From contig CM035350.1 in NCBI GenBank assembly GCA_020137815.1, positions 8,060,001 to 8,124,000 on the forward strand: a DNA stretch of 64,000 bases. The letters are read 5' to 3'. The notes beneath the pieces were generated by a model, which saw only the letters and a list, made by a program, of their open reading frames with translations, ran no database searches and was not told the DNA's origin. Origin of the DNA: Hormiphora californensis. Its lineage: Eukaryota > Animalia > Ctenophora. Within the stretch, counting starts at the first letter, position 1, and every line of letters starts with the position of its first letter. The position numbers and the translations under genes were made by a program. Below are positions 1-42,152 of the stretch, in pieces.

Positions 1-2202
1 AGTGTGTGTTCTAATGTGTACTTGTAGGGAGCTGTGTTGTGAGAATAGCTTGTGGCAGAACATACACTCAAACCTGTGGGAGAAAGAGCCGGTGAGATCT
101 ATCATTTTTAATCTCCGTTATCTTACTGAGATAACGAAGATTCGTGCTTTGAATATATCAATATCGGTCAAATTTAAAAATTTAGCGTCTCTCAAACAAT
201 AGAATTGAGTAACAAAATCTCTACAAAATCTCTACAATCACTCTCTCTCTCTCTCTCTCTCTCTCGGTTTCAAACGAGAGAAACCCACGCCACGATAAAA
301 GCACAGAAAGATATGAGCACCGATAGATAAGAACACACTTACTCTTTTATTTTGTGACAACTGAGGGGTCGGCAAGAAACAGTCGATTTTACTGGGACGG
401 GCTGCGTGGGCGTGGCTACCTGAAGAATAAAGATTTCTAAGATGTGGGCAAAGAAAAAATGAAATGCAGGTTTCACATGATCTAGAAAAATACATTTTTG
501 TTGATTGACGCGTCTCATCATTTAGGGATTATAAAATTAATATTTTCTTCATTCGGAGAGAATGTTGAACAAGGCAATCACTAAATATGTGTGATTCCCA
601 AACAATACCCGCCTTCATTCTTACCGTAGTAGCTCGTTTAGGTGGCGTGAAGGCTGATGGGAGGTTGGTTGAACCTCGCAGTAGAATATCGTTCCTGATC
701 ATTTCATCACTTAGCATGTGGTGCTGCAGGGGTCAGTGTAAGGGAGTGGTAGACAGTGTTAGGGGCAGTGTTAGGGACTAGGGAGTGGTGGGCAGTGTTA
801 GGGAGTGGTGGACAGTGTTAGGGAGTGGTGGACAGTGTTAGGGAGCGGTGGACAGTGTTAGGGAGTGGTGGACAGTGTTAGGGAGTGGTGGACAGTGTTA
901 GGGGCAGTGTTAGGGACTAGGGAGTGGTGGACAGTGTTAGGGGCAGTGTTAGGGACTAGGGAGTGGTGGACAGTGTTAGGGAGTGGTGGACAGTGTTAGG
1001 GGCAGTGTTAGGGACTAGGGAGTGGTGGACAGTGTTAGGGAGTGGTGGACAGTGTAAGGGAGTGGTGGACAGTGTTAGGGGCAGTGTTAGGGACTAGGGA
1101 GTGGTGGACAGTGTTAGGGGCAGTGTTAGGGACTAGGGAGTGGTGGACAGTATTAGGGAGTGGTGGACACTGGACAGTTTTAGGGAGTGGTGGACAGTGT
1201 TAGGGAGTGGTGGGCAGTGTAAGGGAGTTGCCATGCTACGCAGTCTGTCTGTCGGCACTTCGGGCTCGCGTAAGCTCACACCGGGCCTTCGGCCCGGTGT
1301 GAGAGCTGACAGACAAGGAACATGTCAATAAGGGAGTGGTGGGCAGTGTTATGTTAGAGTGGTGGACAGTGTTAGGGAGTGGTGGACAGTGTTAGGGGCA
1401 GTGTTAGGGACTAGGGAGTGGTGGACAGTGTTAGGGAGTGGTGGACAGTGTTAGGGAGTGGTGGGCAGTTTTAGGGGCAGGGGACAGTGTTAGGGAGTGG
1501 TGGGCAGTTTTAGGGAGAGTTGGACAGTGTTAGGGAGTGGTGGACAGTGTTAGGGAGTGGTGTACAGTGTTAGGGAGTGGTGGACAGTTTTAGGGAGTGG
1601 TGGACAGTGTTAGGGGCAGGGGGCAGTGTTAGGGAGTGGTGGGCAGTGGTTATGTTAGAGTGGTGGACAGTGTTAGAAACTAAATGTATAAATCACACCC
1701 GTCTCATTAACAACACGTGAGTGATACTTACAGAGAAAATTCCCTTGAGATGGCTGGGTAGTTGGTCTGCGAGGAAGGGACCGCCCCCATTCTCTTTGAG
1801 AGCGTCTATAACTGCCCCTAACTCCGTTGCTATGGGAGATTGTGGGGGTTGAAGCTCTGGGGAGGGCGAAGGGAGGGTAGTAGATTTGAGAAGGCATTCC
1901 AGTTGTCCCTTGAAGGTATTGAATAAGAAGAATATCTGGAGAAGGTTGTCGGAGGGTAGGACAAGATCCTGAGGTATGGCACCTTCATCCAGGAGCACTC
2001 TGAGGCTACGCTCCAACTTGTCGTGCCGTAACTGACTGAAAAGAAGTCATTATCTAGAAGTGATAAAAAATAAAGTCAATTTTGGTAGGGTCTATTTCGT
2101 AGCCAAATAGAGATGATTTGGGGGGCTCTTATACCTGCAGATGAGGCCGTATAGGAGGTCTCTGGCAGAGGAGGATAACTGTAAGTGGCATGGTGGATCC
2201 AT
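1..2202 (-). CDS. C2H2 zinc-finger protein, 5' part (exons 2135-2202, 1732-2035, 625-723, 343-419, 1-73; continues beyond the window)
   Basis: All introns are GT-AG with compatible phases (2,0,0,2). The protein reads MDPPCHLQLSSSARDLL...GIFS-HHMLSDE...ATT-VATPTQ...KIKE-FECMFCHKLFSQHSSLQVHIRTHT. The last visible exon is a canonical C-x2-C-x12-H-x3-H finger. Confidence 0.85.
738..1675. repeat. Intronic G-rich minisatellite, ~20-bp unit GGGAGTGGTGGACAGTGTTA with variants
   Basis: Tandem copies are directly visible. Confidence 0.95.
1228..1328. mobile_element. 101-bp mini-element with 8-bp TSD, inserted in the minisatellite
   Basis: TAAGGGAG is duplicated at 1220-1227 and 1329-1336. Ends are TTGCCATG...CATGTCAA. 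Internal hairpin CTCACACCGGGCC-TTC-GGCCCGGTGTGAG. A related copy is at 22508-22559. Confidence 0.75.
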
Positions 2203-2540
2203 AATACCCTGAGAAAACTGAACCAGATTGGTTAGATAATAATATGTTACAATGTCACAAGACGGTATGATAACACGTAGTGGCAAGCATGTGTTCTGTA
2301 CAGACATGTGTCAAAACACTGCATATAAATACAGAGAGGTGCAGCAGGGTAATAGTTGTGGTACTGTATTAATAGCAGGATTATACCCAGTTTGTAGCGC
2401 TACTATTATAGAATAACACAAACACTGCCCTGAAATCATAATATTATATGCACCCTGCAGCACCTTCGGCATATTATATATTTGTCATTTAGCATGTAGC
2501 CGTTAGCTAGGGAAAAAAGGACACCGACGAACCTAATTTA

Positions 2541-2757
2541 GTACTTGACAACCTAAATATGTTAGCTACCGCGGTCACTATAAGATTAAGATTACAAGAT
2601 TTTAAAATGGGGATAAAAAAATAACATTTGCTCTTTTCTCACAAATTTAATTTAAAATTTAGTATGTACTTGACAACCTAAATATGTTAGCTACGCGTAC
2701 GGTCACTACAAGATTTTGAAATGGGGATACAAAAATAATATTTGCTCTTTTCTCACG
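2541..2757. repeat. Local tandem duplication, ~126-bp unit
   Basis: GTACTTGACAACCTAAATATGTTAGCTAC occurs at 2541 and 2667 with similar downstream sequence. Confidence 0.8.
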
Positions 2758-3059
2758 CCGTTATCGCAAATCTCGCTCATCTCTCTTTCTCTCTCCCTTT
2801 TCTCTTTATCACGGGGTGCACTTGTTTCACGAAACAATGGATCTCGTGGATATATCGTGCTTATCGGGGGAGCGAAGAATAGAAAGATTTGAAAAAGCAC
2901 TGTAATTTTTTTGCGTTATAGTTTGAGTGACTAGGGGATGTTGTTGCAAAAAAAAACCTTTCAAAAAAGGGGGAGGCCGAGGAAGTTACAACCACGTGCC
3001 GGAATAATGAGCCTTTTGGAAAAAACTGCTTTTATAATACAGTGATCCTCTAGCCCTCC

Positions 3060-3130
<71 letters not shown>

Positions 3131-3269
3131 CCACTGAGTCTCTGTGGGATAGAAAGAAAAAAGATTACTAGCTACCTACTGAATAATTAATGGAAATGAG
3201 TGCCCCCTTTCAAATATAATAGCTTACGGCACAAACAACTGGACCCTAACTCTCTCTCTCTCTCTCCTC

Positions 3270-3377
<108 letters not shown>

Positions 3378-3723
3378 CCCTCTCTATCCCGGACACAATG
3401 GACAATAAAGACGGTTGACTACCTATTCAAATTCGCTCTGCATCTTCGAGAAAAGGCACCACAATACTCCACAAGCACATTTCATTTATGATTGGATCCA
3501 TGATGTCTTATCTAACGGGATATCAGGGAACCATGCTTGTCTAAGGGGAATTTTTGCCCAAAAAGTTGATCATACACTACATAAGTTGTCAGTGAAAATG
3601 ATATATTTAAGAACTGTTTAATAATTGGAACCTGAAACGACAACCCGGTTTTGTTGGTTGAAATTAATGATGATGTACTGTGTACAAGCTATTTACACGT
3701 GGTAACACCCTCTATCACACTGT

Positions 3724-31750
<28,027 letters not shown>

Positions 31751-32084
31751 TTTCTAAAAGGTAGTATAAATTTTAGCGAAGAAAAAAATGTACACGTGGA
31801 GTCCACACACGTCGAGTCCACAATAAGTGAAATACTTACAAGGCTGAGAGGGTTGTATCTAAATGTTTCTCATCATCAGGGTACCATGGGCTACAGCTGA
31901 GGACAAAGAGTCAGCAAAGAGTCAGCTCATCATAATATTGTTATGTTTGTCGAGGGCATGGTGAGATAGGGTCGAGTAACGCAACTTGAATAATCATGCA
32001 TATTAGAGCGATGTTTACGATTTAATTAATTTCATTAGTGGCCATAGATAAAACAGCAATTTTATACTGGATGATCATGAAATC

Positions 32085-32260
32085 ATTTACGACTGCCGAA
32101 ATCCTTTGCGACTGTCGGCTAAAGTCCGTTTCAAGCGACTTGACCCATAATTCTTGGAATTTGGCGCATTGCGTGTGTATTTACAAAGGGGAAATCCTGA
32201 ATTTCCAGGAATCTCAGGTCAAGTCGTTTGAAACGCACTTTAAACAGTCGTCTGTAAAGT
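32085..32260. repeat. Imperfect inverted repeat (MITE remnant)
   Basis: GTTTCAAGCGACTTGACC...TTCTTGGAATTT pairs with AATTTCCAGGAA...GGTCAAGTCGTTTGAAAC. Confidence 0.6.
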
Positions 32261-32605
32261 TTGTTTATATGTACATACATTTTAGTAGTTAGTTCATCAT
32301 CATCACAAAAATACTTAATATTTGTTGTTTTATTTGTTAATTGTTATTTATTTATTTTGTTTAAACCCATTTTTCAAAAATCAAGAAAGTTTCTCCGTGC
32401 GGGGCACGATGAGACAGGGTCAAGCCAGGCAATAAGCCGTATGATGTAGGAGTCTAAGCAATGAACCTAGTACCAACCACTGATCAGTGAGACTCACTGA
32501 GTGAGTCCACCAAACCTTGCCTTAAATGGCTTTAACCACCAAACCACTCGACTGTTTTGGTTAAATCAAAGTTTATCTGATAGGAAATTTAGGATTTAAT
32601 AGCCA

Positions 32606-33706
32606 CTAGAGTACCCGTTTGCTGGGAACCCGTGACCTGGTAAATGGTAATTTATCCTCATATAACCGGTGACATTTGTGTTTGATTTTTAAAAGATAAT
32701 TTGTTTGTTCCTTAGAGCAATGAGTAGGAGCGGTTAGATCAGCACGTGCAGAAAGTCGCGCGCCACCCTAATCTCAGGTTACTCTCACGGCTTCATTTTG
32801 CATCCAATCCAAAAGTGACCTTCATCAAACCTGTACATGTAGATCTCCTCAAGGAGAAGCGAAAACTTGAGGGACATTTCTTGATAATGATTGGATGCGA
32901 CCTCGAGGAGCTATGACAATGTGCAAAAAGGGGTGGCATGCGACTTTAACCACGTGGTGATCTAACCGCTCCTACTATATCATACACCTTGGGTTTTTGA
33001 AAAAACGGCCATTACAATTTTGGCGAGGCGGGTAAATCATTTACTGTAACGCGCGAATTTTCTCAAAAAAGCGCTGCTTTTTTACGCCGCGCGCGGAACC
33101 TAGAATTATGCGCGCAGTGTAAAATTTTAAAATTCATTGAAAATTTCCTCGCGTTTTATGTCGCCAAAAAAAAGACGAAAAATTCCAAATTCGTGAATTT
33201 AGAATTATAAGAACTCCGGTCAGTTCTCATCTTGCCAATCCTTTTTCCGGGAACCCCTGGCCAAAGGACATTAAAGTTCACGTAACGACCAAGTTTCATA
33301 TCGATTGGATAAGATTTTGGGTGGCTACGGTGAAAAATATCGTATTTTTGGCATTTTTAACTTTCCCGACGCGATTTACGACCCTTAAACATTGAGTTAC
33401 GGGAAATCGCAATCAAGTAAAATGAAGTTCAAACGATTCTCTTTCCCCACTATTGCGTTAGTTTTTTGATTTAGAGCCGTTTTCAGGGTCTTAGAAGCGT
33501 TTGAAAAATGTAAGTCTTTTTGTCGCAATGACGTCACCCCGTGACGTCACTGCTGTAAAGATCGGATCAAAAATCTGAGCCCGTACTTACACCCGCCTTG
33601 GTCCAAAGTACCAGTGTACAAATTTTCAGGGGTCTAGCTCAAAAACTGTAGGAGGAGTAGGGAGAAAACAATTATCGGACTAACATTTTGGAAATTATTA
33701 TATGGA
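32606..33706 (-). mobile_element. Non-autonomous Helitron
   Basis: The minus strand begins A|TCCATATAATAAT and ends ...CGGGTACTCTAG|T, giving TC...CTAG termini in an AT target with a weak sub-terminal hairpin. Confidence 0.6.
32723..32976. mobile_element. 254-bp MITE nested in the Helitron
   Basis: 19-bp perfect TIR AGTAGGAGCGGTTAGATCA / TGATCTAACCGCTCCTACT. Confidence 0.75.
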
Positions 33707-34089
33707 TAACCCTAACAAAGCGTGACTCATGCACGTGAGTGCTGACAAGAGACACTCAATGATTCTTTTTGGCAAACGCTGCTGGGCGCTGGCCCCCGGT
33801 ATAAGTCTTGTAGTCTTGTAGTCCTCTTTGCGCAAATACTGCACAGGTGTCAGCTCCTCATAGAGCCTTCCCCTCCCTGGAAGTTATTATTTCCCAGCGC
33901 TTTTCAAGGATTCTTACAAATGGGAAAGAGAAAAAATGAGAGGAACACGACTGTGCGGGTGTACCATTATAGTGCTGTGTTGGCACACGGAGAATACGGG
34001 CGAGGGACACAACAAGAGTGGATTCTTTCAAATCCAGAATCCCAAGAAATAAAATCCCGAGATCCGAGATTTTGAATTTTAAAAGTCAG

Positions 34090-34170
34090 AACTGAATGCG
34101 CGGCGCATAATGCAGCGCTGTATTTTTGCTTCTTGCGCGGCGTATAAATAAACGTAACGCGCGAAATCAA
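34090..34170 (+). promoter_or_regulatory. Candidate cyclin D core promoter
   Basis: CpG-rich patch with TATAAATA (34143-34150) and an E2F-type GCGCGAAA (34159-34166), ~150 bp upstream of the ATG. Confidence 0.35.
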
Positions 34171-34317
34171 GAAATTGTAAGAAAAAAAAAAGTTTTTAAA
34201 ACACTCTTTTTTCTGAGTTTCAAATTTTTAGTGTTCGAGAAGTTTGTGTTTTGACGTCAGTCTACGCAGATTTGTTTTCGATGAGTTCCTTGCGTTGAGA
34301 AATTCGATCTCTTGTCA

Positions 34318-35942
34318 ATGTTTTGCTATGAATCCGGACTCGAAAATTATGTACCACGAAGAGCATCACCAGACGGATGTAACATCGATGACCCAAAAAC
34401 ATTAAATAACCTAGTACGGGTCAGCAAATTCTACCAACCGAACCCGAAATATTTGGAAACTATTCAGAAAAATGATTTTACAGTTAACATGCGAAAGCAG
34501 GTCACCGAGTGGATGTTTGAGGTAAATGTCGATCGAGAACTGGATAAATTACGTCATTCTTCATTCATGGGCTCTTGGAATCTTGGAGACTGCCTATCGT
34601 TTGAATTCATCTAAAGAATGCTTTTAGTATATCGCAATTTGTCTGTCAGTCTATCTTCAAATTCCACATATTCCACTGGGAAGCAGGGAAGCCGGGACAG
34701 TATTATGATAAGGCCTATCAAAGCACCACAAAATTACATTGTAATAGAATTTACGCACTTTTTGAGCCAGGAACTCCTGAAGCCGCTCCCTTCTTATCAG
34801 CCACTAATTGGGTGGAAACTGGCCTCACTCTCACATGCGTGTGTTACAATCACAGTGATGTTATAGGGATCGAGTTACTCACCCTCACACCCCCTTCTCA
34901 CCCAGATCTCAGATATCTGTGAAGTGGGTGTTCTGCCGCATGCAGTGAACCTCCTGGATCGGTACCTCTCAAAGGAAATCGTAAGTGTGACACGAGTCAT
35001 AAAGATCATGGAGTTACCACATAGTGTGTAACCGGAATACTGAGGAATATAACGTGTTTAAAATACAGAACTGTGTAATAATTCAATGTGTAATCCCTAC
35101 AGGTTGAGTCGCCAGGTGACGAATTACAACTGATTGGGGCAGTGTGCCTTTTTGTTGCGAGTAAGCTAAGGGAGAATGAGCCGATCCCAGTTGATAGTCT
35201 TATTGAAAATGGCAGATTCAGTTATACCACTCGTCAGATCAGAGTTAGTATCGCGATCATAATCCTTCAGGGTCCTCACTCTATCTGTATGCTTGTTAAT
35301 CTCTCTGTTATTTTCCTCTCCCAGTGTGTGTGTGAGCGGCTCACTGGGGGTATGGCATGCTTCCTTGTATACAGAGGCATTGAGAGATCCGATGGAGGGG
35401 GGAGTGTCTGTACAGGCGAGACAGTGTTGTGTGCATCCGTGTGTGCTCGTCTGTGTGTTCACCAGGCATGCGGGAAGTGAGAGCTGGGCTCCTTAGAATC
35501 TGGGCGAGATTAAGAAACGGGGATGAAAATGAAGAAAAAAGGGAGTTTTGGGACCAGGAAGCAAAAGGAAAAGAGACATTAGGTCCCCAACCCTCAAAAG
35601 TTTTTAAAGTACACTTCTTATGAGGCGGATCTGCATATTTTGAAAACATTATATATGTAGAGAGTGAGCGAGAAAGAAACAAGTCACAGAGAGAAGGAGA
35701 TGGAGACGGAGAGAAAGGGAGTAAGACAAAGAGATCCCGACTACATCTGTAAAGACTTCCTTTTAATACTACAATAAAGCAATGGAGCTTGGAGTTCGGA
35801 ACCCTTGTGAAGTTTGAATAGGGTTTGGCCTCATCGGATTGTGAAGTATCGTTATAATCGTTATAATTCGACTTTCACAGAACGGAGTTTTTTTCCTCTC
35901 ACACAGACATGCCCTCCCTCTCCTTCTACCTCTCTTTCTATC

Positions 35943-36012
<70 letters not shown>

Positions 36013-36849
36013 GCTCCCCATATCCGGTGCACTGTGTGTGTATATTATATCCGTGTGTAGGATATAGTTCAGGGCAATTAGATCCAATCACAGATCTGAC
36101 AGCCACAAGGTGTATATCATGGGGTGGGTGGGGCTGCATACCAATTGGCCGCTAAATTGCTCCTTTCTAAACTCCCAACGTGTATGGGGTCTCCCTGGAA
36201 TGCTGTTGGGCGGCGGGACCCACTTCCTGATGCAGCTCTCTATTGCTATATCTCTCTCTCTCTTTCTTTCTCTCCCTATATCCATGCCGCAAGGCCTCTC
36301 ACTCTCTTTCTTCCTCCGTCTCCCCTCCTCCACCACACGGCGCTTACCCACTTATATCTTAGGGAGAAAGAGAGTGAGAGAAACAGGCTGAGAGTTCGGA
36401 TGAGAATTGAGAAAGAGAGACGACCCGGTAAAGTGAAACGCACGGGGCTACCTTAGGGCTTAGAATCTCTAGCAGTACTCAATGTTACATTTGGATGTCT
36501 GGTCCCCTTCTTACATCTCCCTCTTTTAAGGGGGGTTCATTTTGGGTTAGTCAGCTCATAATGACCACCCACAGGGCTGGGATACTGAGAACTGCCCGGC
36601 CCGTTCAGCTGGTGTCAATCAGATTACTAATGACCATGCAGTTTTTAGATTGATCTTACTAAGAGAGCTAGTTCACACATTGGTTCCCCCAGTGGTGCTA
36701 TAATAGTAGAGCCCCATCAGCAGATCTGGCAATGGTCCAAAGACTGCATGGAAGTGTGGTTCACGTGCTCCGGGACAGCCGTAGGGCCCTTTCAATTACC
36801 TTGAAAAGAGATGAAGAGAAATGAAAGATACCTTCTCTCTCTCTCTCTT

Positions 36850-36948
<99 letters not shown>

Positions 36949-37826
36949 TCTCTCTCCATGTGACAGGATAGAAGCTGCAGAGTTGGCTGCATGAAGTAAG
37001 TCACGTGACACATGAAAAAGTGATGGGTGTCTCATACCCCCTCCATACAACCACGCTACTAGTTAGTTCTAACCAGTGATCAGTGATCACCCTTCATTCT
37101 TACCATCTGGCATCTTTCCTACCTTCCACCTCTTACTCTTACTTCCATCCTTCTAGAAACTTCTCTCTTGCTGACACATACCCCTCCGGCATACAGGATC
37201 AGGGCGAGATTTCCCTGCTTGTCACCCAATTAACAGCTCCTACTACTCCTCACAGTATAGCTCCCCTCATGATTTATCCTCAATAGTCATCCCTCCACTA
37301 TATTTCTTCGGTCTCAGAGTCTTCAGTAGCGGTGGTATAGAGAGGTTTTGGGAGTGTTGAGCACAAGCTTACAGCCCTAAGGATCTATTACGTGAAACAT
37401 TACCCACAACCCCTGAAGGCAGTGAGAAGCAGGCAGAAGAAACTTGTTGGGATGTAATATCCTCTTGGTTTAAAACATTTAGTCGAGATCTAGAAAGGCA
37501 GTGGAAAAATGGTGCTTTTGGTTGTCGATTAGATAGGACTGAGGTGGTATACATAAAGGACAGTCAAATAATACCCTTAGCCATGGTGTCTCGATCTATT
37601 AAAGAAGGAGAGGGCTAAAGAGGGAGTGCCGGAGTGGGAAAGTGGTAAGAGGTGGACATTATACCGTTGCCAATTGGACTCCATGGAATTTGGGAAAGTA
37701 AAGTGATTTGATTCCCATTTCCCACAACCGTCAATCCCCCAATACAACCGTGGGAGGCTTCTTTGTTAGTTCTCCCTCGTTCTCTCCCTCTATCTCCCTC
37801 TCTCTCATTCCCCCCCCCTCTCTCTC

Positions 37827-37858
<32 letters not shown>

Positions 37859-40800
37859 TCTCTCTTTCCTTCTTTCCCCCTCTCTCCCTCCTTCTCTCTC
37901 TTCCTCTTTCTCCTCTTTCCTCCCTCTCTCTCCCTCTCTCTCCCTCTCATCCTTCTCCTCTCCTCCCTCTCTCCCTCTCCTCTCTCTCACACCGGGTTTT
38001 GTTCCCCCCAAGTGCGAGGGCTTTTTCCCATGGATTGCTGTCACGGACTAAGGTCGCCTCGCCAATGTGTATTGTGAAACCTAACGCTAATAGCCCAATT
38101 AGCCTCTTTCCTCTTCCATCTAGCTCTCCCTTTCTCTCTCCCTATATTTACCCAGTTTATCCTCTCTTTTCCCTTCTCTTTTTTCTCTCTCTTACTCCCT
38201 CTTCTGCCCCAATTTTCTCACATTATATTACGATTAAATCGGTTTTTAACTTTGTTCCACTGTTTTGGTGCTTGTGCGTTGGGGGGGTGCGGGTATCGTT
38301 GTTTCCAAAGTTAAGGAGCTGAACCCGAGTAACTGGCTTCTAAAACGTTTCCGCCCTCATCATGAAGTTCAGTACCTAGCTGCTCACATTGCACTGACCA
38401 TAATAGCCCTAATCATTTGGGTTTACCGGTGACCGTAAAACCCCTCTTGTTGGGTGTTTGTTTACCATGTAATCCCCGTGATCTGTTTTCAACCAATCGC
38501 TCCTTACAAAATTCGCAAAACAACCCCCATCTTCAGGCCACACAGGTCTGATTCAGAGAAGAAAAGGAAGATTCAAATAATCAAAATAATAAAAAGGAAT
38601 GTTATTGAAATAAATTTAAAACCATACTATGCCAAAAAAATAAAAGAAATTAGGGTACTAACCCCTCCTCCATACCTTAAATCGATAGTGTTTACCAGTG
38701 AATACAGTGAATACAGATGAATACCGTGAATACAAGCGAAAACGCAGTAATGCAAAGCGAATGCAGACGAATACGAAAATAATACGCAGTGAATCCCCCC
38801 TGGGTTTTCCCGAGTGAATACCATAATGCGAGGAATACGCAGTGAATAGCAATATTGGGGATCCTACGAAACTGTTTCGCGTAATACAGAGTGAATACGC
38901 AGTGAATCAAGGAATACCTGATACAAGGGGGAATACCATGAAAGCGAGCGAATACGCAATCATTGTAACTCCACCAGAACTAGAAAGCCGTAAATACGCA
39001 TGATGAAAAATTTGGGGCATTGTTGCTAAAAAAACCCAAAAAAAAGTGGTTTTGCTCTCTCTATCCTATCCTATCTCTACTCTCTATCTCCCTCTCTCTA
39101 TCTCCCTCTCTCCCCCCATCCTCTCTCTCTCTCTCTCTCCTCTCTCTCCCCTCTCCTCTCTCCTCCCTCTCCTCCTTTTCTCCCCTTTTTTCCCCCTCTT
39201 CTCTCCCTCTCTTCTCTCTCCTCTCCTCTTCCCCCTTTCCCCTCTCCTCCCCCCTCTCCTCTCTTCTCTTCTCTTTCCCTTTCTCCCTCTCTTCTCTGCC
39301 CTCGTCCCTCTCTATTTTCCCTCTTCTCAGTCTCTTATCCCTCTGTCTCTGTCCTGTCTCTGCTCTCTCTCCCTCTCTCTCCCTCTCTCCTTTCTCTCTT
39401 TCCTTCTGTCTTTTTTAAAAACTCCCTTTTTTCCCCGGGGGTTTNNNNNNNNNNNNNNNNNNNNNNNNNNNNNNNNNNNNNNNNNNNNNNNNNNNNNNNN
39501 NNNNNNNNNNNNNNNNNNNNNNNNNNNNNNNNNNNNNNNNNNNNATCCGAATGATTGTTATGAAAGCACCACAGTGGGTTTTGTAAGCCCCCCCATACAA
39601 AGATAGGAAAAATGATATTAGATATGTTAAATGACGGGGTTTTGATTAGGAGGGGATGGGGAAGGGTTTAAAAATGCATTCAAAAAGGGGAAAGGTATTA
39701 TATGGCCCCAATCATTCCCCTTTCTTTAAAAACGGGGTTTTGGGAAACCTTTGAGGGCGCAGATTTGCCACATGAACATGCCCCAATACAGAATTTTTTA
39801 GACACGAAACAAGATGAGTTAAGAAATTGCCCACCTAACGGTTTATAAAATAATTTTTGCCAGAAACTGTTATTTTATTTATTGTGAGAAACAAAAAAAG
39901 GGGGAAAATGACTGGTTGGGGGATTTTCAGGGAATAAGTTTTTTCCCCAGTTTTTTACAGCTACGCCCCAAAGCTGTGTGACGCCAGTCCCTATTGCCCC
40001 TACTGGGGGATGTGATTCAAAAAAGGGGAAAGGGGCCAAAAAAGGGGGGGAGGGGGGGAAAATGGAAAGGGAAAAAGGGGGGGGGGGAAAAAAAAGGCTT
40101 TTAAAAAAACCCCCCCTTAAACAAAACCCCCCCTCTCTTTTTCCCTTTTCTCTTTCCTATCTCTTTTCTCTTTTCTCTTTCCTCTCCTCCCCATCCTATT
40201 CAGGAATTCCACTTTTAGTTCGTGCTACCAAAATTTTCGGGGAAAACATCACAGTTCTATCTCAAAACAATTTTTTGGTGAAATTTTTTTTCTCCCCCGG
40301 GGATTGTCTGAGTTTTACATGAAGTAATAGTTCTACTAGTAGTTCTACTAGTTTGGTAGGTCATGGTATGTTTAGGATCGATCACGTGTAACCATGAGTA
40401 TTGAGTGAGAAAAGGCAGGATAAACAGATAGAGAGGGGGAATAAGCACAGGGAGAGAGTGTGTTGTAGAGAGAGAGAATTAAAGGGTATACATAAAATAG
40501 GGGGCTACAGCTGCACTAGCTGTTTCGCTATATTATAGGGATTGGGATTAGATTGCAGCATTTCCTCTTTTCACGCTTGCACACACTTTCTCCAATGTGT
40601 CACGACCGGGGGACCCATTATAATTCCCTTTTTTTTTTTTTGGTGGCCCGGAACAATCCAGTTGAAAATAAGGGGGTTACACTAGGGATGTGGGAAAGTC
40701 TATCCTGTGAAAAAGACAGGTGTTAAAAAGATGGGATGTGTGTCGTAATACTCCTGAATGAGTGGTGGAGGAGAAGAGAGAAAAGGGATGAGAAGTAGAG

Positions 40801-41117
40801 AGAGGAGGAGTATAACGTAGAAGAGTAGGAACAGAGGAAAAGGAGAGAAGAGAGATTATGTGTTGTAACACTGCTGAACGTGGTCAAGAGAGAGGGTGTG
40901 ATGCTGGTAGAAGGTCCCATTGTCCCCCAGTATATATGTTCTAATAACAGCTGCCTGATTGTGTAACACGCCCCAGCTGCTGATGTCTGACGAGGAGCTG
41001 AGAGAGAGATAACATGTCTAGCGCCGGGGAGGTAACATATTGTTCAGTGAGAAATATATCGTATATCTGCTATCTTTGATATGAGATCTTCATAACATCA
41101 TAACTCCAGAGGAATAT

Positions 41118-41216
<99 letters not shown>

Positions 41217-42062
41217 CACTATCTGAGCTATTGTGGAAGAGGAATGCTTTCCAACTTGGGTGAAATGACAAGAATTATCTTATATTCCAAGAAGATAATA
41301 CAAACACATCATCTCACTGTATTACAAAATCACAGTCCACACTCCACAGATTTATTTGGAATTCAGAGAGAGAGATAGCTCCCAGTATCATAATGATACC
41401 CAGCAGGGGGGGGGGGGCTAATTCATAGTTCTCACGCTCACTGGGAGGTCTAACTAGCACGTTTACCCAATAACGCCTCCCTAGCCTGTAATGAAACACA
41501 ATCGAACCGACACAATCTGATCTCCACAAATATCATAATCCCTGTAACTTAATTTCGACAACAAAATATTCGTATAATTAATTAAATGAACCTAAGATAT
41601 TATCATGACGTTATTTTTCCTAATCAGCCCTCCTCTCTCTCTCTGCAGATTACGCGTTTCTACCTCACTCCAGTGCGATGATAGCCACTGCCTGCCTCTT
41701 TGATGCCATGTATGCCCTGGGCAGCAAGTTTACTCAACTCAGGGACAGTCTACCCGAACTAATGGGCGGGTTCATCGAGTTAGATCGGGTAAGAAGGGAG
41801 TGATATTGGTTCATGTTTCAATGGAGTGTGAATTAATTCCATGGAACTTGATAATTGATAGAAGTTAAACCATCTTAAATTACATGTCTAGATTAACACA
41901 AAAGGGTAATGAGAAGGGACCCATTAGTGTTCACATGGACCCTATTGCTGATTAGCCAATAATGCACGGGGCAAGCCGTTTTCGAGTTCTTCCTTTTATT
42001 CCTTCTGGCTCCAGAAGGGTGTGGTCAGGACAATGGAGAGAGAGAGAGAGACAGAAAGAGAG

Positions 42063-42152
<90 letters not shown>

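Noticed and set aside
2135-2208. Kinase subdomain XI-like peptide LSSSARDLL
   Set aside because: No other kinase motifs; the exon splices into a zinc-finger gene.
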